64,000 nt of DNA, taken from IMG/VR virus record IMGVR_UViG_2863298641_000001; one strand, given 5' to 3'. The position numbers were made by a program, and so were the translations under genes. The number at the start of each line of letters is the position of its first letter. Positions within the stretch are counted from its first letter, which is position 1. This DNA comes from an uncultured virus (IMG/VR IMGVR_UViG_2863298641_000001). Taxonomy: Duplodnaviria > Heunggongvirae > Uroviricota > Caudoviricetes. The notes beneath the pieces were generated by a model, which made no database searches, was not told the origin of the DNA, and was given only the letters and a program-made list of their open reading frames with translations. Shown in pieces: positions 7,773-18,256 of this stretch.

Positions 7773-8081
7773 TCAGGCGGGGATCCATGCCCCGTCGCGG
7801 ACGAAGCCGTGCGTGCCACAGCACCGCCACAACAGGGAGGGTTCGAGGTGCAGCGGCTCGCGGGACACGAGGGTGTGCGCGCTCGTGCCAGCGGCCACCC
7901 AACAGCCGCCATACACCTTGCGGTCCTCGGGAACGCCTTCTAGTGCGCTGCACCAGTGCCAGAAGGTTGGGTTGCCTTCTTCCGCCAACCAGCCGAAGCA
8001 GATGTCATCGGTCAGCTTGGTCATGCCGACCATTTCCATGCCGGGCCAGTCCGACGGAGGCGCCGGGCGTGACGCGCTCAC
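7773..8081 (-). CDS. DUF6527-like Cys/His protein inserted in the lysis cassette
   Basis: PLHLEPSLLWRCCGTHGFVRDGAW motif. GTGA overlap with the endolysin stop. Confidence 0.65.
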   Translation of the reverse strand: MSASRPAPPSDWPGMEMVGMTKLTDDICFGWLAEEGNPTFWHWCSALEGVPEDRKVYGGCWVAAGTSAHTLVSREPLHLEPSLLWRCCGTHGFVRDGAWIPA

Positions 8082-8995
8082 GCAACGACCTTGAAGCCGT
8101 AGCGGTCGCCGAGGTAAGTGAGGGATGCCTTGCCGGGGATGCCGTCGGCGTCGGAGCCGCTGTAGCCGAGGTGCCGCTGCAGCTTGGCGTAGGCCTCGAC
8201 GGTGACCTTGCCGTAGTGGCCGTCCGAGTAGGCCTTGGAGAGGTAGCCGGCGTTGACCAGGGCCGCCTCGACCACCTTGACGCCCGAGTAGGTGACGGGC
8301 TGGCCGGCCGCGGACGGGTTGGACTTGGCGGCGGCAACCAGCTTGGACAGGTCGACGGTCGGCTTTGACGGAGTCGGTGCCGGCTTCGTGGGTGGCTTGG
8401 TACCGAGGCGCGCGGAGATGCCGGCGAGGACGTCGTCCCACTGCATGCCGGGACCGCGGGGGTCGACCTTGCCGGGCTGCCAGTCGAGGTGCCGGATAAC
8501 GGAACGGGCCGTCCAGCCGTGGTGGCGGCAGAGCGCGGCAGCCACCTTCTCGATGGCTTCGATCTGCTCCGGCGGCCACGGGTCCTTGTCGTCGCCCATG
8601 TTCTCGCACTCGAAGCCGTAGAAGTGCCGGTTGCCGTCGACGGACGCTTCGTCGTCGGTGGGCGGCTTCGTCTCGGCGATGACGGCGGCGAGCACGTCGG
8701 GGTCGCCGAGGCCGGCATGGTTCGCGCGGCCGTAGCCCACGAGGTACACCTTGCCGTCCTTGGCGATCATGCCGTGGCAGAGCGGGCCGGGCAGCGCGGT
8801 GTATCCGTCGCGCACGATCTGCACCGTGTTGGCGGTTCCGCGGGTGACGGTGTGATGGATCATCACGCCGTTCACGGGACCCCACGGCCCCTTTGTGTTG
8901 CGGTTATGGGTCTCCCAGTCGCCGACCTCGACGACGGAGACGCCCTCGGCGCGCAGCAGCGCGGCGAACGTGGATGCGCTAGGTGGAGTGGCCAA
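8078..8995 (-). CDS. Endolysin, N-acetylmuramoyl-L-alanine amidase (Amidase_2) with peptidoglycan-binding domain
   Basis: GVMIHHT, ANHAG, GFECEN, VIRHLDW...KVDP. C-terminal DGHYG...ADGIPG. Confidence 0.93.
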   Translation of the reverse strand: MATPPSASTFAALLRAEGVSVVEVGDWETHNRNTKGPWGPVNGVMIHHTVTRGTANTVQIVRDGYTALPGPLCHGMIAKDGKVYLVGYGRANHAGLGDPDVLAAVIAETKPPTDDEASVDGNRHFYGFECENMGDDKDPWPPEQIEAIEKVAAALCRHHGWTARSVIRHLDWQPGKVDPRGPGMQWDDVLAGISARLGTKPPTKPAPTPSKPTVDLSKLVAAAKSNPSAAGQPVTYSGVKVVEAALVNAGYLSKAYSDGHYGKVTVEAYAKLQRHLGYSGSDADGIPGKASLTYLGDRYGFKVVA

Positions 8996-9061
8996 GGCAG
9001 GCCCCTTTCTGGGCATGGCGAAGGGCGCCCAGGTCCGGGGCGCGGGCGGAGCGGGGGTGGG

Positions 9062-9736
9062 TCAGGGGGCGGGGGCGACGATGAGCTCGCGCAGTGCGAA
9101 GGACGCCGTCGTGCCGGACTGGCTGGTGCGGTGCAGCAGCCGGGTGTTGTAGTTGGCGCCGGGCGTGAGGCCGGTCAGCAGGTGCGTGGCGGTCGCCCGC
9201 ATGAAGACGGTGCCGTAGCTGCCGTAGCCGTTGATGTCGAGGGCAGCCTCGACAATGGAGCCGGATCCGATGCTGCTGCCCTCGCGGGTCTCAGGGGCAA
9301 TGAGGCTGCCGGCGGTGGCGGAGGTGTTGTCGACTCGGGCGCCGGTGGTGATGAGGACACGGCCGGACAGGGGCGCGATGAAGGAGACGCCGCAGGTGGC
9401 GTAGCTGCCAGTCGATGAGCCGGTGCCGTAGGTGGTGATGGTCGTGCCGAAGCTGGCGGTCTGCTGGTCGCTGACGGCCGCGCCGCCCGGGACGGGCAGC
9501 CAGGCGGATCCCGTGTAGACGGTGAGCAGGTTGGCGTCCTTCAGCCACGCGACCATGCCCTCGACGGGCGCGCTGGGGCCGGTCAGTGCAGCGCTGCGCG
9601 CGGAAGCGGACGCGAATCGCATCACCGACCGCTGCACGATGGCGTTGGCGATGTTCTTGGCGAGGGCCTCGGCGTTGGGGGCGTCGAAGAGGGTCGCGAT
9701 GCTGACGCCCTGGCCGTAGTCGTCCGTGGTGGCCAT
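9062..9736 (-). CDS. Minor tail/fibre protein
   Basis: VMRFASASARSAAL...PVEGMVAWLKD motif of actinophage minor tail proteins, position at the end of the tail module. Confidence 0.8.
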   Translation of the reverse strand: MATTDDYGQGVSIATLFDAPNAEALAKNIANAIVQRSVMRFASASARSAALTGPSAPVEGMVAWLKDANLLTVYTGSAWLPVPGGAAVSDQQTASFGTTITTYGTGSSTGSYATCGVSFIAPLSGRVLITTGARVDNTSATAGSLIAPETREGSSIGSGSIVEAALDINGYGSYGTVFMRATATHLLTGLTPGANYNTRLLHRTSQSGTTASFALRELIVAPAP

Positions 9737-9745
9737 GCTGCTCCC

Positions 9746-10360
9746 TTACACGAGGCGGTATCGACTGAGGGCGTCGAACTGGGCGTACTTGGTGCCGGTG
9801 GCCAATGGCGTCGGGTTGTAGTCGGTGAGCGTGATCGCTCCGCCGGACGTGACGGTCATGACGCCGAAGTAGCCCGGGGCCACGCTCACGGTGACGCGGG
9901 AGTTCTTCAGGGGCGTCGCCTCGGCCGGCAAGGTGGCAACGGTGACCCCCGCCGCGATCGCGCCGGACATCGTGCCGATGCCGCACAGGCCGGCCGTGCC
10001 GTCCGGGTACAGCCTGTAGGAGGGCGTGTTGTAGGAGGCGATCGCCGTCCAGCCGGACGCCAGCGTGAACGGGGTCCAGCCACCGTCGCCTGTGGCCAGC
10101 CGTCCGGCGGCGAGCCAGTTACCCGAGCTGGAGATCGTGACGATGATGACGTCCCCGGCTGCCGGGCCCGGGTAGCTCTGAAGGCGGCGGGCCACGATCC
10201 CGTCGGTCGTCGTGACCGTGCCGTCGGTCCCGACGGTCTGCACGACGGCCTGCCGCCAGTCGGAGCCGCGTACCGTCGGCGTCCGCTCCCCCACCCTGCG
10301 GGCCTGCTGCTTGATGGCCCAGGCGAGGTCTCGGTGCCCGCGCGGTGACGGCGTCGTCAT
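9746..10360 (-). CDS. Minor tail protein
   Basis: Position, beta-rich, WTPFTLASGW...TLPAEATP. Confidence 0.8.
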   Translation of the reverse strand: MTTPSPRGHRDLAWAIKQQARRVGERTPTVRGSDWRQAVVQTVGTDGTVTTTDGIVARRLQSYPGPAAGDVIIVTISSSGNWLAAGRLATGDGGWTPFTLASGWTAIASYNTPSYRLYPDGTAGLCGIGTMSGAIAAGVTVATLPAEATPLKNSRVTVSVAPGYFGVMTVTSGGAITLTDYNPTPLATGTKYAQFDALSRYRLV

Positions 10361-11448
10361 GCGCCCTCCTTCGCGGAGATGGTGCTGATCGGGAAGTCCC
10401 CGCCGACGTCGAGCGGCACCGTGAAGGATGCGGCCTGGTGCAACTCGGGGGTGCCGTCCGGGTGTACGACCCGCAGGATGTCGCCGGCCTCCAGCGCCGG
10501 GTTGGGCAGGGAGGACAAGTCACCCGTGGCGTTCGGGGCCCGCAGTTCGGCGAGCTTCAGCGTGGCCGCATTCTGGCAGGCGGCTGTGGTGGTGAGGGTG
10601 GCTGAGGTGTAGAAGAAGGGCCGTCGCCCGTAGGGGCCTGACCAGTAGGTCGGCGAGGAGGGGTCGTCGTCGACGACCAGGGCGGAGACCGGTGCGATGT
10701 TGTCGCTGGTGTTTTCCCCGCGGGCAAGGACCCCGTTGTACACGGCGTCGCTGCTCATGCCGCGGCTGGCCTGGATGTAGGCGCCGCCCTCCCCGGCGGC
10801 GATCTCCCAGACCGGAGCGGCAACGGCGATGTCGGGCAGGGTAGCGATGATGAACTCGCCGTCTGGGGTGGCGTACACCTCGGCGCCCGCGGTGGCGGCT
10901 ATCTCCTGGCAGGCCGCCCAGGGGTCCGCCTCGACGTCGTAGGTTCTGCGGCCAATGGTGACGGTGCCGATACTGCTGATGACGGAGGCGTCCGGCAGGG
11001 ACCGTTGGATCAGGGCGGTCACAGCATTCGTGACCGTGCCGGTCGCCGAGTATGGGGCGGTGAACTTGTCGTCCGCGATGCATGCGGACAGGTCTTTGCC
11101 CTGGAGGGTGACGGGTCCGTCGTTGATGTCGCCGTCCACGCTGTCGAGCCGGAACAGTCCGAGCGGCACCAGCTCGAACGAGCCGTCGCCGTAGTCGACG
11201 CCGCGGCTGATCCGCAGCCGGGCCCCGTAGGTGGCGAGCTGATCGACAGGGGACCGCGGAATCAGGGTGGGATCCGCAACGGTGACGGTGCAGGTCCGGC
11301 GGATCGCCTGCGAGCGGTCTACCGACACGCTGCCGCCCGTGATCTCCAGGTCGATGACCCTGCCATCCGTGAGGAACAGCTCGACACTGATGAGCGGGCT
11401 GTGGGACTCGACGATCCGGTCCAGGAAGCGGTCGGATACCGGGTACAC
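10357..11448 (-). CDS. Baseplate hub/tail-associated protein (DUF5047-like)
   Basis: Position after the Dit-like gene. GGSVSVDRSQAIRRTC...PNPALEAGD. Confidence 0.85.
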   Translation of the reverse strand: MYPVSDRFLDRIVESHSPLISVELFLTDGRVIDLEITGGSVSVDRSQAIRRTCTVTVADPTLIPRSPVDQLATYGARLRISRGVDYGDGSFELVPLGLFRLDSVDGDINDGPVTLQGKDLSACIADDKFTAPYSATGTVTNAVTALIQRSLPDASVISSIGTVTIGRRTYDVEADPWAACQEIAATAGAEVYATPDGEFIIATLPDIAVAAPVWEIAAGEGGAYIQASRGMSSDAVYNGVLARGENTSDNIAPVSALVVDDDPSSPTYWSGPYGRRPFFYTSATLTTTAACQNAATLKLAELRAPNATGDLSSLPNPALEAGDILRVVHPDGTPELHQAASFTVPLDVGGDFPISTISAKEGA

Positions 11449-11451
11449 GCG

Positions 11452-13683
11452 TCACCTCCGGCGGTCGAGGAGCACGTCCTCCCACGTCGCGTAGGTGGTC
11501 AGGACGTCCTGCCAGGTCGCAAACTCGGTGAGCACGTCTTGCCAGGTCCGTCCGCGCGCGCCGCCGATACCGACCGTGACCGGCATGTCGGCCTCCACCA
11601 GCGGCAGCGTCCACGCCCGCCACTGCTCCTGCGCGAGCGGGCTGATGCGAGCCTCGGTGATCTGAGCGACGGACACGTACATGTCGTCGACACCCATGCC
11701 CGGGGCCGCCTGCCACAGCAGGACATTGCCGGAGTCGAGGAGCAGGTGCAGGGCCTGGCGCTCCTCGTCGGAGCGGGTCCAGATGGCGAGGTCGCCCTCC
11801 AGCCCCTGCCGGTGGCCGCTCAGTATGACCTTGTTGCGTCTGCCGCGGACGACGTAGCTGGCCTGCTCGACCGGCCGCTGCCAGTCCGGGGCTCGCGCCA
11901 CCAAGACCCGGAGGTTGCGCTGTGGGTTGCCAGGATCCTTCAGCCACGCCTCGCTGGCGTCGGCCAGGGTGAGCGCCACGACCGTGGAAGTCCGGGTCGA
12001 TGCGAGCGTCCCGGGCGCCGAGTACAGCTGGATGTAGTACGACACCGGCGAATCGAGCGGCACCTCATGATCCTCGATGACGACGGCGTCCGAGGCGATG
12101 GTGTCCTGCTCGATGAGGCCGTCCGTGCCGCGGACCAGCGTGCGGGATCCATCGGCAGCCACCCGGGTGACCGTGATCAGCTGGCCTACCGGCAGCTCGC
12201 GGAGGGTGAGCTGGATGTAGCCGTCGGCATCGACCGCCTCGACCGCGGTCTGCGGCAATACCTGCCACAGTGCGACCGCGTCCACGTACATCACGCTCGA
12301 CGTCGCGGACGCTACCGCGACCACCTCGACGGCGGCCTGCACAGTGCCGTCGGGGGCCACAGCATCGGTGACAAGCTGATACCAGCCCCCGGCCGGCAGC
12401 GAGTACACGGTGCCGGTACTGGCGCCGAGATCACCCCCCAGGCCGTCGTACCAGCGGACCTTGACGGCGACCGTCGACCACGAGCCGGCGCCCGCCTTCG
12501 CGACGATCTGCGCCCGCCAGTTCAGGCCGGGCGCGTTCGGCACGCCGAACTTTGGTGAGCGGATCGTCGACGAGGTGGCCGTCGCGGAGGACACCGCGAG
12601 CGAGTAGCTGCCGTAGTAAGCAGCCGCCCCCCACGGCGTGGACCGGGCCAGTGTCGCCACGCCGGTCGGCACCGTCCACCCGCCGGTGTCCTGCTCGAAG
12701 CTGCCGTTGGTGTACGGAATGACCGTGCCCGCCATGATCGCGGGAGCGGTCTTGACGACGATAGTCTCCAGGCGCAGCACCTGCCCGGCGGACGCGCCAT
12801 CCAGGCCGGCCGCAACGCCGCACGTGACGGCAGCCGCGGGAGCGGTCGCCGTCAGCAGCTGGCGGTGCATGCCGGTGCTCACCGGCGCCAGGTATGCGCG
12901 AGTGGCCTGGATCTGGTTGTTGTTGGCGTCGTAGAACCGCAGCTCCAGCCACGCCTGAGCCGACAATACGGGCGGCTGCAGGTAGGCATAGGCCAGGTAC
13001 TCGACGCCGGGCGTCACCGTGGGCCGGTCGACGGCTGCGACCGCCGCGTTACCCCCGGCCGTGACGGTCATCGCCAGGGTGTGGCCGCCGGCGTAGTACC
13101 AGTCCACGGGCCAGCCCTGGGCGGGCACCTGCCGGGAAATGGTGGCGTTGACCTCGGCTGCCCAGCCGGATGCATCGACCTCGGTCGACTCCACACTGAA
13201 CGGAAAGAGGTTGCCGAACGACCTGATCGGCAGCCCGAAGTACACGTTCTCGTAGTAGGAGTAGACGTTGGCGGCGGCCGGGGTGGACGACAGGATGACC
13301 TGCGCCCGCGTGGTCCCGGTCGGTGCCGTCCCGGCCACGCTGATCCGGTGCCAGGTGGTCGAGGCGGCCATCGTGGTCAGCGACCATGTGGTGCCGAGGA
13401 CAGTGCCAGCGTTGTTCAGCCAGCGGATCCCGATGCGCTCGGGCACGGTCCCCCCGGACGCGTCCGCGAACGCGTAGTACAGGGTGCCGGCGGTGACGAG
13501 GACGGAGCCGAGGAGACGTGCCTGCATCTCCCCGGCAGCCTTGCTCTTCACGGCGAGCACGCCGTCACCGACCCGGCCCCCGCTGCCCTTGCTGATGGTG
13601 CAGTTGAGCTGAGGCGTCCAGCCCGTCACCACCGGATCCATGGACGAGGTGGCTTCGCTGAGGTAGTTCCCGGGGATCGTCAT
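11452..13683 (-). CDS. Distal tail protein with repeated carbohydrate-binding-like domains
   Basis: Follows the tape measure. Three repeats of N...S.E...GW...WY/FYD..G, then a C-terminal Dit-like domain. Confidence 0.8.
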   Translation of the reverse strand: MTIPGNYLSEATSSMDPVVTGWTPQLNCTISKGSGGRVGDGVLAVKSKAAGEMQARLLGSVLVTAGTLYYAFADASGGTVPERIGIRWLNNAGTVLGTTWSLTTMAASTTWHRISVAGTAPTGTTRAQVILSSTPAAANVYSYYENVYFGLPIRSFGNLFPFSVESTEVDASGWAAEVNATISRQVPAQGWPVDWYYAGGHTLAMTVTAGGNAAVAAVDRPTVTPGVEYLAYAYLQPPVLSAQAWLELRFYDANNNQIQATRAYLAPVSTGMHRQLLTATAPAAAVTCGVAAGLDGASAGQVLRLETIVVKTAPAIMAGTVIPYTNGSFEQDTGGWTVPTGVATLARSTPWGAAAYYGSYSLAVSSATATSSTIRSPKFGVPNAPGLNWRAQIVAKAGAGSWSTVAVKVRWYDGLGGDLGASTGTVYSLPAGGWYQLVTDAVAPDGTVQAAVEVVAVASATSSVMYVDAVALWQVLPQTAVEAVDADGYIQLTLRELPVGQLITVTRVAADGSRTLVRGTDGLIEQDTIASDAVVIEDHEVPLDSPVSYYIQLYSAPGTLASTRTSTVVALTLADASEAWLKDPGNPQRNLRVLVARAPDWQRPVEQASYVVRGRRNKVILSGHRQGLEGDLAIWTRSDEERQALHLLLDSGNVLLWQAAPGMGVDDMYVSVAQITEARISPLAQEQWRAWTLPLVEADMPVTVGIGGARGRTWQDVLTEFATWQDVLTTYATWEDVLLDRRR

Positions 13684-13696
13684 ACGGGGAACCTCC

Positions 13697-16600
13697 TCAG
13701 CTCGCGTTCAGCACCTGCACCAGCTGCTGCTGGTGGTCCTGGACTCGGATGTCGATGAAGCCGGCGAGCGCCTTGTCGCGAGTGTGGACCTCGACGACGA
13801 CCGGTGACCGGTCGGCGGCGGCCGTCATTGTCTGCCACTGCCCGCTCGTCAGGATGGCCTCGGGCTTGCCGGTGAGGTTCACCGCCGTCGTCACCCCGGG
13901 TGGCAGCCAGCCGCCCGCGTCGTAGCCGGCCGGGGGCCGGTTGGCGTTGGCCTGCTGGACGTTGGTGATGTTGCCGTACCGCCGGGTGATGTAGCGGACG
14001 GCGGCGGCCACGTTGGCGACCGGGTCGAGGATGTTCCACGACGTTCCTGGTACGTGGTTGGAGGCGAACGTCGGCGGGATCACCTGGGCCAGGCCCTGTG
14101 AGGGGATGCCGTTCTGGGCGTTGATGTCCCACCGGTTGATCGCGTTCGGGTTCCAGCCGGACTCGCGCGAGATCAACGTGTTCATACCGGCGAGCCACTG
14201 CCCGACAGCACCCGGCGGCGGGACGTGCGCGGCGGCCAGTGCCTGGCTGATGATGCTGCGGCGCCGGCCCGACGGGATCGTCCCGCCGATCGATCCGCCA
14301 CCCCCTCCCCCACCGTCTCCGCTGAAGGTGACCAGATCGACGAGGCCCTTGACGAGGCTCTTCGGGATGCCGATGGCCAGCTTCCCGAACGCGGTGTCCT
14401 TGATGCTGTCCAGCGGCTTGATGAGCTTGCCGACGAGGCTGCGGATCGCCTTGGCCGGATCCCGCAGGAACGCGGTGGCCGAGGAGAAGAACCCCCCGAT
14501 CTTGCCGCCGATCTTCCCGCCGAAGTCCTTCAGCTTGCCGAGGATGCCGCCGTCGGCCATGAGCTGGCCGCCGGCCTGCTCCCACAGCGACAGGGCGCGG
14601 GCCCGGTAGCGGGGATCGGTGGGGATGACGAACTCGGGATGCTGCGGCCGGCCCTCACCGACGATGGCCGTGGGCCGGTTGAACACGCCGGGTCGGGCCG
14701 GGACGGTGCCGCCCTGTGCGAGCAGCGGCAGAGTCTTCAGGTCCGGGACGCCCGGGATCCAGCCCGCGATCTTCTTCCAGACGGAGACGATGCCCTCGTT
14801 CCACACGACCCTGATCACCCAGTTTATGGGCGCCTTCGTCAGGCCCTTGATCCGGTCCCAGGCCTTGCCGATGGCATCCTTCGCGTCGGAGAACGCGGTG
14901 GCCACGCGCCCGACGGCGGTCTTCAGCGCGTCGAAAGCGGGCTTGATGCCCTTCCGCCACACGCCGTTGATGGCGCCGCTGATCCCGCTCCACACCGGGA
15001 CGATGACCTTGTCGCGCAGCCACTTGTTGATGTCGGCGACGCCCGTGATGCCCAGCCGGATCGCGGTGAACGTGGGCTTGATGATGTTGTCCCAGGACCA
15101 TTTGATGGTGCCCCGGATGCCCCGCCAAACCGGCTGGATCACCTTGTCGTTCAGCCAATGAAACACTGCTGCGAATGGGCCCGCGATGTAGGCCACTATG
15201 TCCGGCAGGATGCTGTGCCCGATCAGCACGTCGTAGAACCACTGAAAGATGTCGACCATCAACTTGACGGCGCCGTCCACGATCAGAGCGAGCCCTTGGA
15301 TGATCGGCCCGACCACGTCGCGGACGAAGTTGACGAACGTCGTAAGCCAGTCAAGCACCGTCGTGATTCCGCCTGCCAGCCCGTTTGCCATCAGGCTCAC
15401 GAGGTCCAAGAGGGGGGGCATCAACCAACTGAGCACGTTGATGGCCAAGGTCACGACTAGCGCCACCAGCTCGGCCAGCGGCGGCACGATCGGCAGCAGC
15501 GCCAGAGCGAGCTGCACACCGGCCTCGGCCAGCTGCAGCAGCGACGGCAGCAGCTGCATCAGGACGTCCGTGCCCATCTCCAGCAGCATCCCGGCGATCT
15601 CAGAGATCACCGGGAACAGCGGGATGAAGGCATCCACGAGAGTGAGCAGGGCCTCGGCCAGCGGCGGCAGAGCCTCCGCCAGCGTCGTCGCGATCAGCCC
15701 GGCGAACTCGCCGAGGATCGGGGCGATGTCCGAGAGGATCGGGGCGAGCTGCTGAGCCAGCGATGCCCACACGTCCCCGAGCGGGCCGATGATCGCCAGC
15801 AGGGCCTCAGCGATCACAGTGAACGCATCGCCCAGGGTCGGCAGGATCGGAGTGAGCGCATCGAGCACCGTGGTGATCAGCTGCATGCCGACCGGGATCA
15901 GCGGCTCCAGCGCACCCAGAAGCTCGGTGAGCGCCGACGCAAACACAGTCGCAATCAGCCCGGCAACCTGCCCGAGGAGATCAACGAGCGGTGCGAGGAA
16001 AGGCTCCAGCGCCTGGAAGACGGCGGCGATGACGTCGCCGACCATCACCAGCGCAGGAGTGATCGCCCGCACCACATCGGTGAGCGGGCCGACCAGCACC
16101 TTGACCAGGCCGGTCACCACGTCGATCACCGGCGTTAGGGCGGGCGCCAGCGCGTTGATGACAGCGGCGATCAGGTCGGCGATCGGCTGCAGCAGCGGGA
16201 TCACCGACTCGACGATCTGGATGATCGCAGTACCGACCGTCACCAGGACCGGGCCGAGCGCCTGAATGATCGGCATCAGGGCTGCGCCGAGCGCCGTCGC
16301 CAACTGCTGCAGGACCGGCCCGAGGGCCTGCGCGAGTTGGGCAACGAATCCGACGAGTGCCGTAATCAGGGGGACGGCCGCTTTCACCACTGCCCCGATC
16401 ACGGGGACGATGGCGCCGACGATCTGCGCGACGCTGCCGAACAGCTGCCGCAGGCTGGCCTGCATCTCCGGCGAGGCGAGGATTTTCTTCAGCTCGCCGA
16501 AGACGCTTCCGAGCACGCCGATGATCTGACCGCCCGCATCGGAGGCGGCCTTAAAGATCTGCACGACGACGCCGAGCGCGTTGCCCAGCAGGGTGCCGAA

Positions 16601-18244
16601 GCTCTCCAGGATCTTGAACGCCGTATCGATGGCCTCCTTGAGACCGCCGGAGGCGAACGACTTCGCAATGCCGTCGGTGAAGTGCTTGATGGCGTCAGCG
16701 AAGTGCTGCATCAGCCCGTTGAAGGCGGGCTGGGCCGCGACCGTCAGCTGGCCGAACGCCGTAATAAGCTGGCGTGGGGTGTCCTTGAAGACGCGCAGGT
16801 TGTCGTTGGCACCCTTGAGGATCTTGTCGAGCATCCCCGACTTGCCCATGTCGGTGAGGGCGCCGGCCGCGGACTTGCCGATGCTGTTCCAGATGCCGCC
16901 GGTCTCCGTCAGCCGCTTCTGCAGCACCGGGAGCGTCGCCCCCGCGAGGGTGCGCACGGTGCCATCCAGGCCCTGGAAGAGAGCGTTCTGCACCGACAGG
17001 CGCATGTGATCCCACGCAGGCGCGAGAGCTTGCACCGCACCCACGAAAGACCGGGCGTTCGGCGACAGCTTGGCCATCGCCTGGTCCAGCTTGGACGTCT
17101 GCGCCGCAGCCGCGGCCTGTGCGTCGGCTACCGCCTGCGCGGCGTCGGCGACGGCCTGCTCGGCGTCCCGTATCTGCCGCGCGCCGTCCTTGCGGGCCTC
17201 AACGACGCCGGCCTGCGCATCGGCGACCTGCTGCTGGGCGTCAGCGACCTGCCGGGCCCCGTCGACCGCGGTGCGGCGGGCCTCCTCCCGCGCGTCGCCG
17301 ACCGCACGCTCGCGCTCCTCGACGTTCTTGTTCGCCTCGGAGATGCGGTCCTTGGCGTTCTTGACCTGCTCGGAACCGTCGACGCCGGCCTTGTTCGCCT
17401 TCTTCGTGTCCTCGGAAAGGCGCTTGGTCTCGGTGCGCTGCTCTTTCAGGTTGAGCTTGGCCCGCTCGTAGGCCAGCTGCAGCTTGGCCAGCTGCTCCGG
17501 GGTCGTGCCCGGATTGGCCCGCGCCTTAGCAAGTTCCCTCTGCGCCTCGGTCAGCCGGATTGCGGCCTCACGCTCGTCGAGCTTGGACTCGGCGAGCCTG
17601 TTGTTCATGTCCTGCAGTGCCCGCGTGGCTTCCTCGCGGGCACCGTTCAGGGCCTGCTGCGCTTGCAGGGCGTCCTGCTGGGCGCTGCGCAGATCCTGCT
17701 CGGCGTCACGGACCTGCCGCTGCGCGTCCGCCTGCCGCTGCGCCGACTCCTCAACCGTGCGCGCAAGGCTCTGCTCGGCGTCCGCGACGGCACGCTGAGC
17801 CTCGCGGACGCGCTCGGCCGCCTGCACGCGCGCGTCCGCGAGGCCCTGCTGCGCCTTCGTCAGACCGCGCTGTGCCGACTCCACCGCGCGGGTCGCCGAG
17901 GCCGCCGCGTTGGCCTCCGCGGTGTGGTCGGCGAACGCCTGCTTGAACGCCTCCCCGACCCCGGACAGGCCCAGCTTCAGCGCGCCTGCCGCCGCACCCG
18001 CGGTAGCGAGCGCGGGCGCGAGAGCCGCGGCACCGGCAGCAGCAGCCGACAGGTTCGCGCCGATCGCCACACCGGCCAGCGCGCCCAGCCCCTTGAGGCC
18101 GGCACCGAACGCCTTGGAGAAGGCGCCCGCCCCGCTGCGGCCGGCGCTGGACGCGCGGGCGTTGACGGAGCGGGACCAGTCGCCCTCGAACTCCGGGCGG
18201 ATCGAGACGTATCCGCGCCCGACGAGAACACCACCAGCGGCCAC
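13697..18244 (-). CDS. Tape measure protein with C-terminal lytic transglycosylase (SLT) domain
   Basis: 1515 aa, coiled-coil plus amphipathic repeats. ISRESGWNPNAIN...SQGLAQVIPPTF. Confidence 0.95.
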   Translation of the reverse strand: MAAGGVLVGRGYVSIRPEFEGDWSRSVNARASSAGRSGAGAFSKAFGAGLKGLGALAGVAIGANLSAAAAGAAALAPALATAGAAAGALKLGLSGVGEAFKQAFADHTAEANAAASATRAVESAQRGLTKAQQGLADARVQAAERVREAQRAVADAEQSLARTVEESAQRQADAQRQVRDAEQDLRSAQQDALQAQQALNGAREEATRALQDMNNRLAESKLDEREAAIRLTEAQRELAKARANPGTTPEQLAKLQLAYERAKLNLKEQRTETKRLSEDTKKANKAGVDGSEQVKNAKDRISEANKNVEERERAVGDAREEARRTAVDGARQVADAQQQVADAQAGVVEARKDGARQIRDAEQAVADAAQAVADAQAAAAAQTSKLDQAMAKLSPNARSFVGAVQALAPAWDHMRLSVQNALFQGLDGTVRTLAGATLPVLQKRLTETGGIWNSIGKSAAGALTDMGKSGMLDKILKGANDNLRVFKDTPRQLITAFGQLTVAAQPAFNGLMQHFADAIKHFTDGIAKSFASGGLKEAIDTAFKILESFGTLLGNALGVVVQIFKAASDAGGQIIGVLGSVFGELKKILASPEMQASLRQLFGSVAQIVGAIVPVIGAVVKAAVPLITALVGFVAQLAQALGPVLQQLATALGAALMPIIQALGPVLVTVGTAIIQIVESVIPLLQPIADLIAAVINALAPALTPVIDVVTGLVKVLVGPLTDVVRAITPALVMVGDVIAAVFQALEPFLAPLVDLLGQVAGLIATVFASALTELLGALEPLIPVGMQLITTVLDALTPILPTLGDAFTVIAEALLAIIGPLGDVWASLAQQLAPILSDIAPILGEFAGLIATTLAEALPPLAEALLTLVDAFIPLFPVISEIAGMLLEMGTDVLMQLLPSLLQLAEAGVQLALALLPIVPPLAELVALVVTLAINVLSWLMPPLLDLVSLMANGLAGGITTVLDWLTTFVNFVRDVVGPIIQGLALIVDGAVKLMVDIFQWFYDVLIGHSILPDIVAYIAGPFAAVFHWLNDKVIQPVWRGIRGTIKWSWDNIIKPTFTAIRLGITGVADINKWLRDKVIVPVWSGISGAINGVWRKGIKPAFDALKTAVGRVATAFSDAKDAIGKAWDRIKGLTKAPINWVIRVVWNEGIVSVWKKIAGWIPGVPDLKTLPLLAQGGTVPARPGVFNRPTAIVGEGRPQHPEFVIPTDPRYRARALSLWEQAGGQLMADGGILGKLKDFGGKIGGKIGGFFSSATAFLRDPAKAIRSLVGKLIKPLDSIKDTAFGKLAIGIPKSLVKGLVDLVTFSGDGGGGGGGSIGGTIPSGRRRSIISQALAAAHVPPPGAVGQWLAGMNTLISRESGWNPNAINRWDINAQNGIPSQGLAQVIPPTFASNHVPGTSWNILDPVANVAAAVRYITRRYGNITNVQQANANRPPAGYDAGGWLPPGVTTAVNLTGKPEAILTSGQWQTMTAAADRSPVVVEVHTRDKALAGFIDIRVQDHQQQLVQVLNAS

Positions 18245-18256
18245 CGCGCACCCCCA

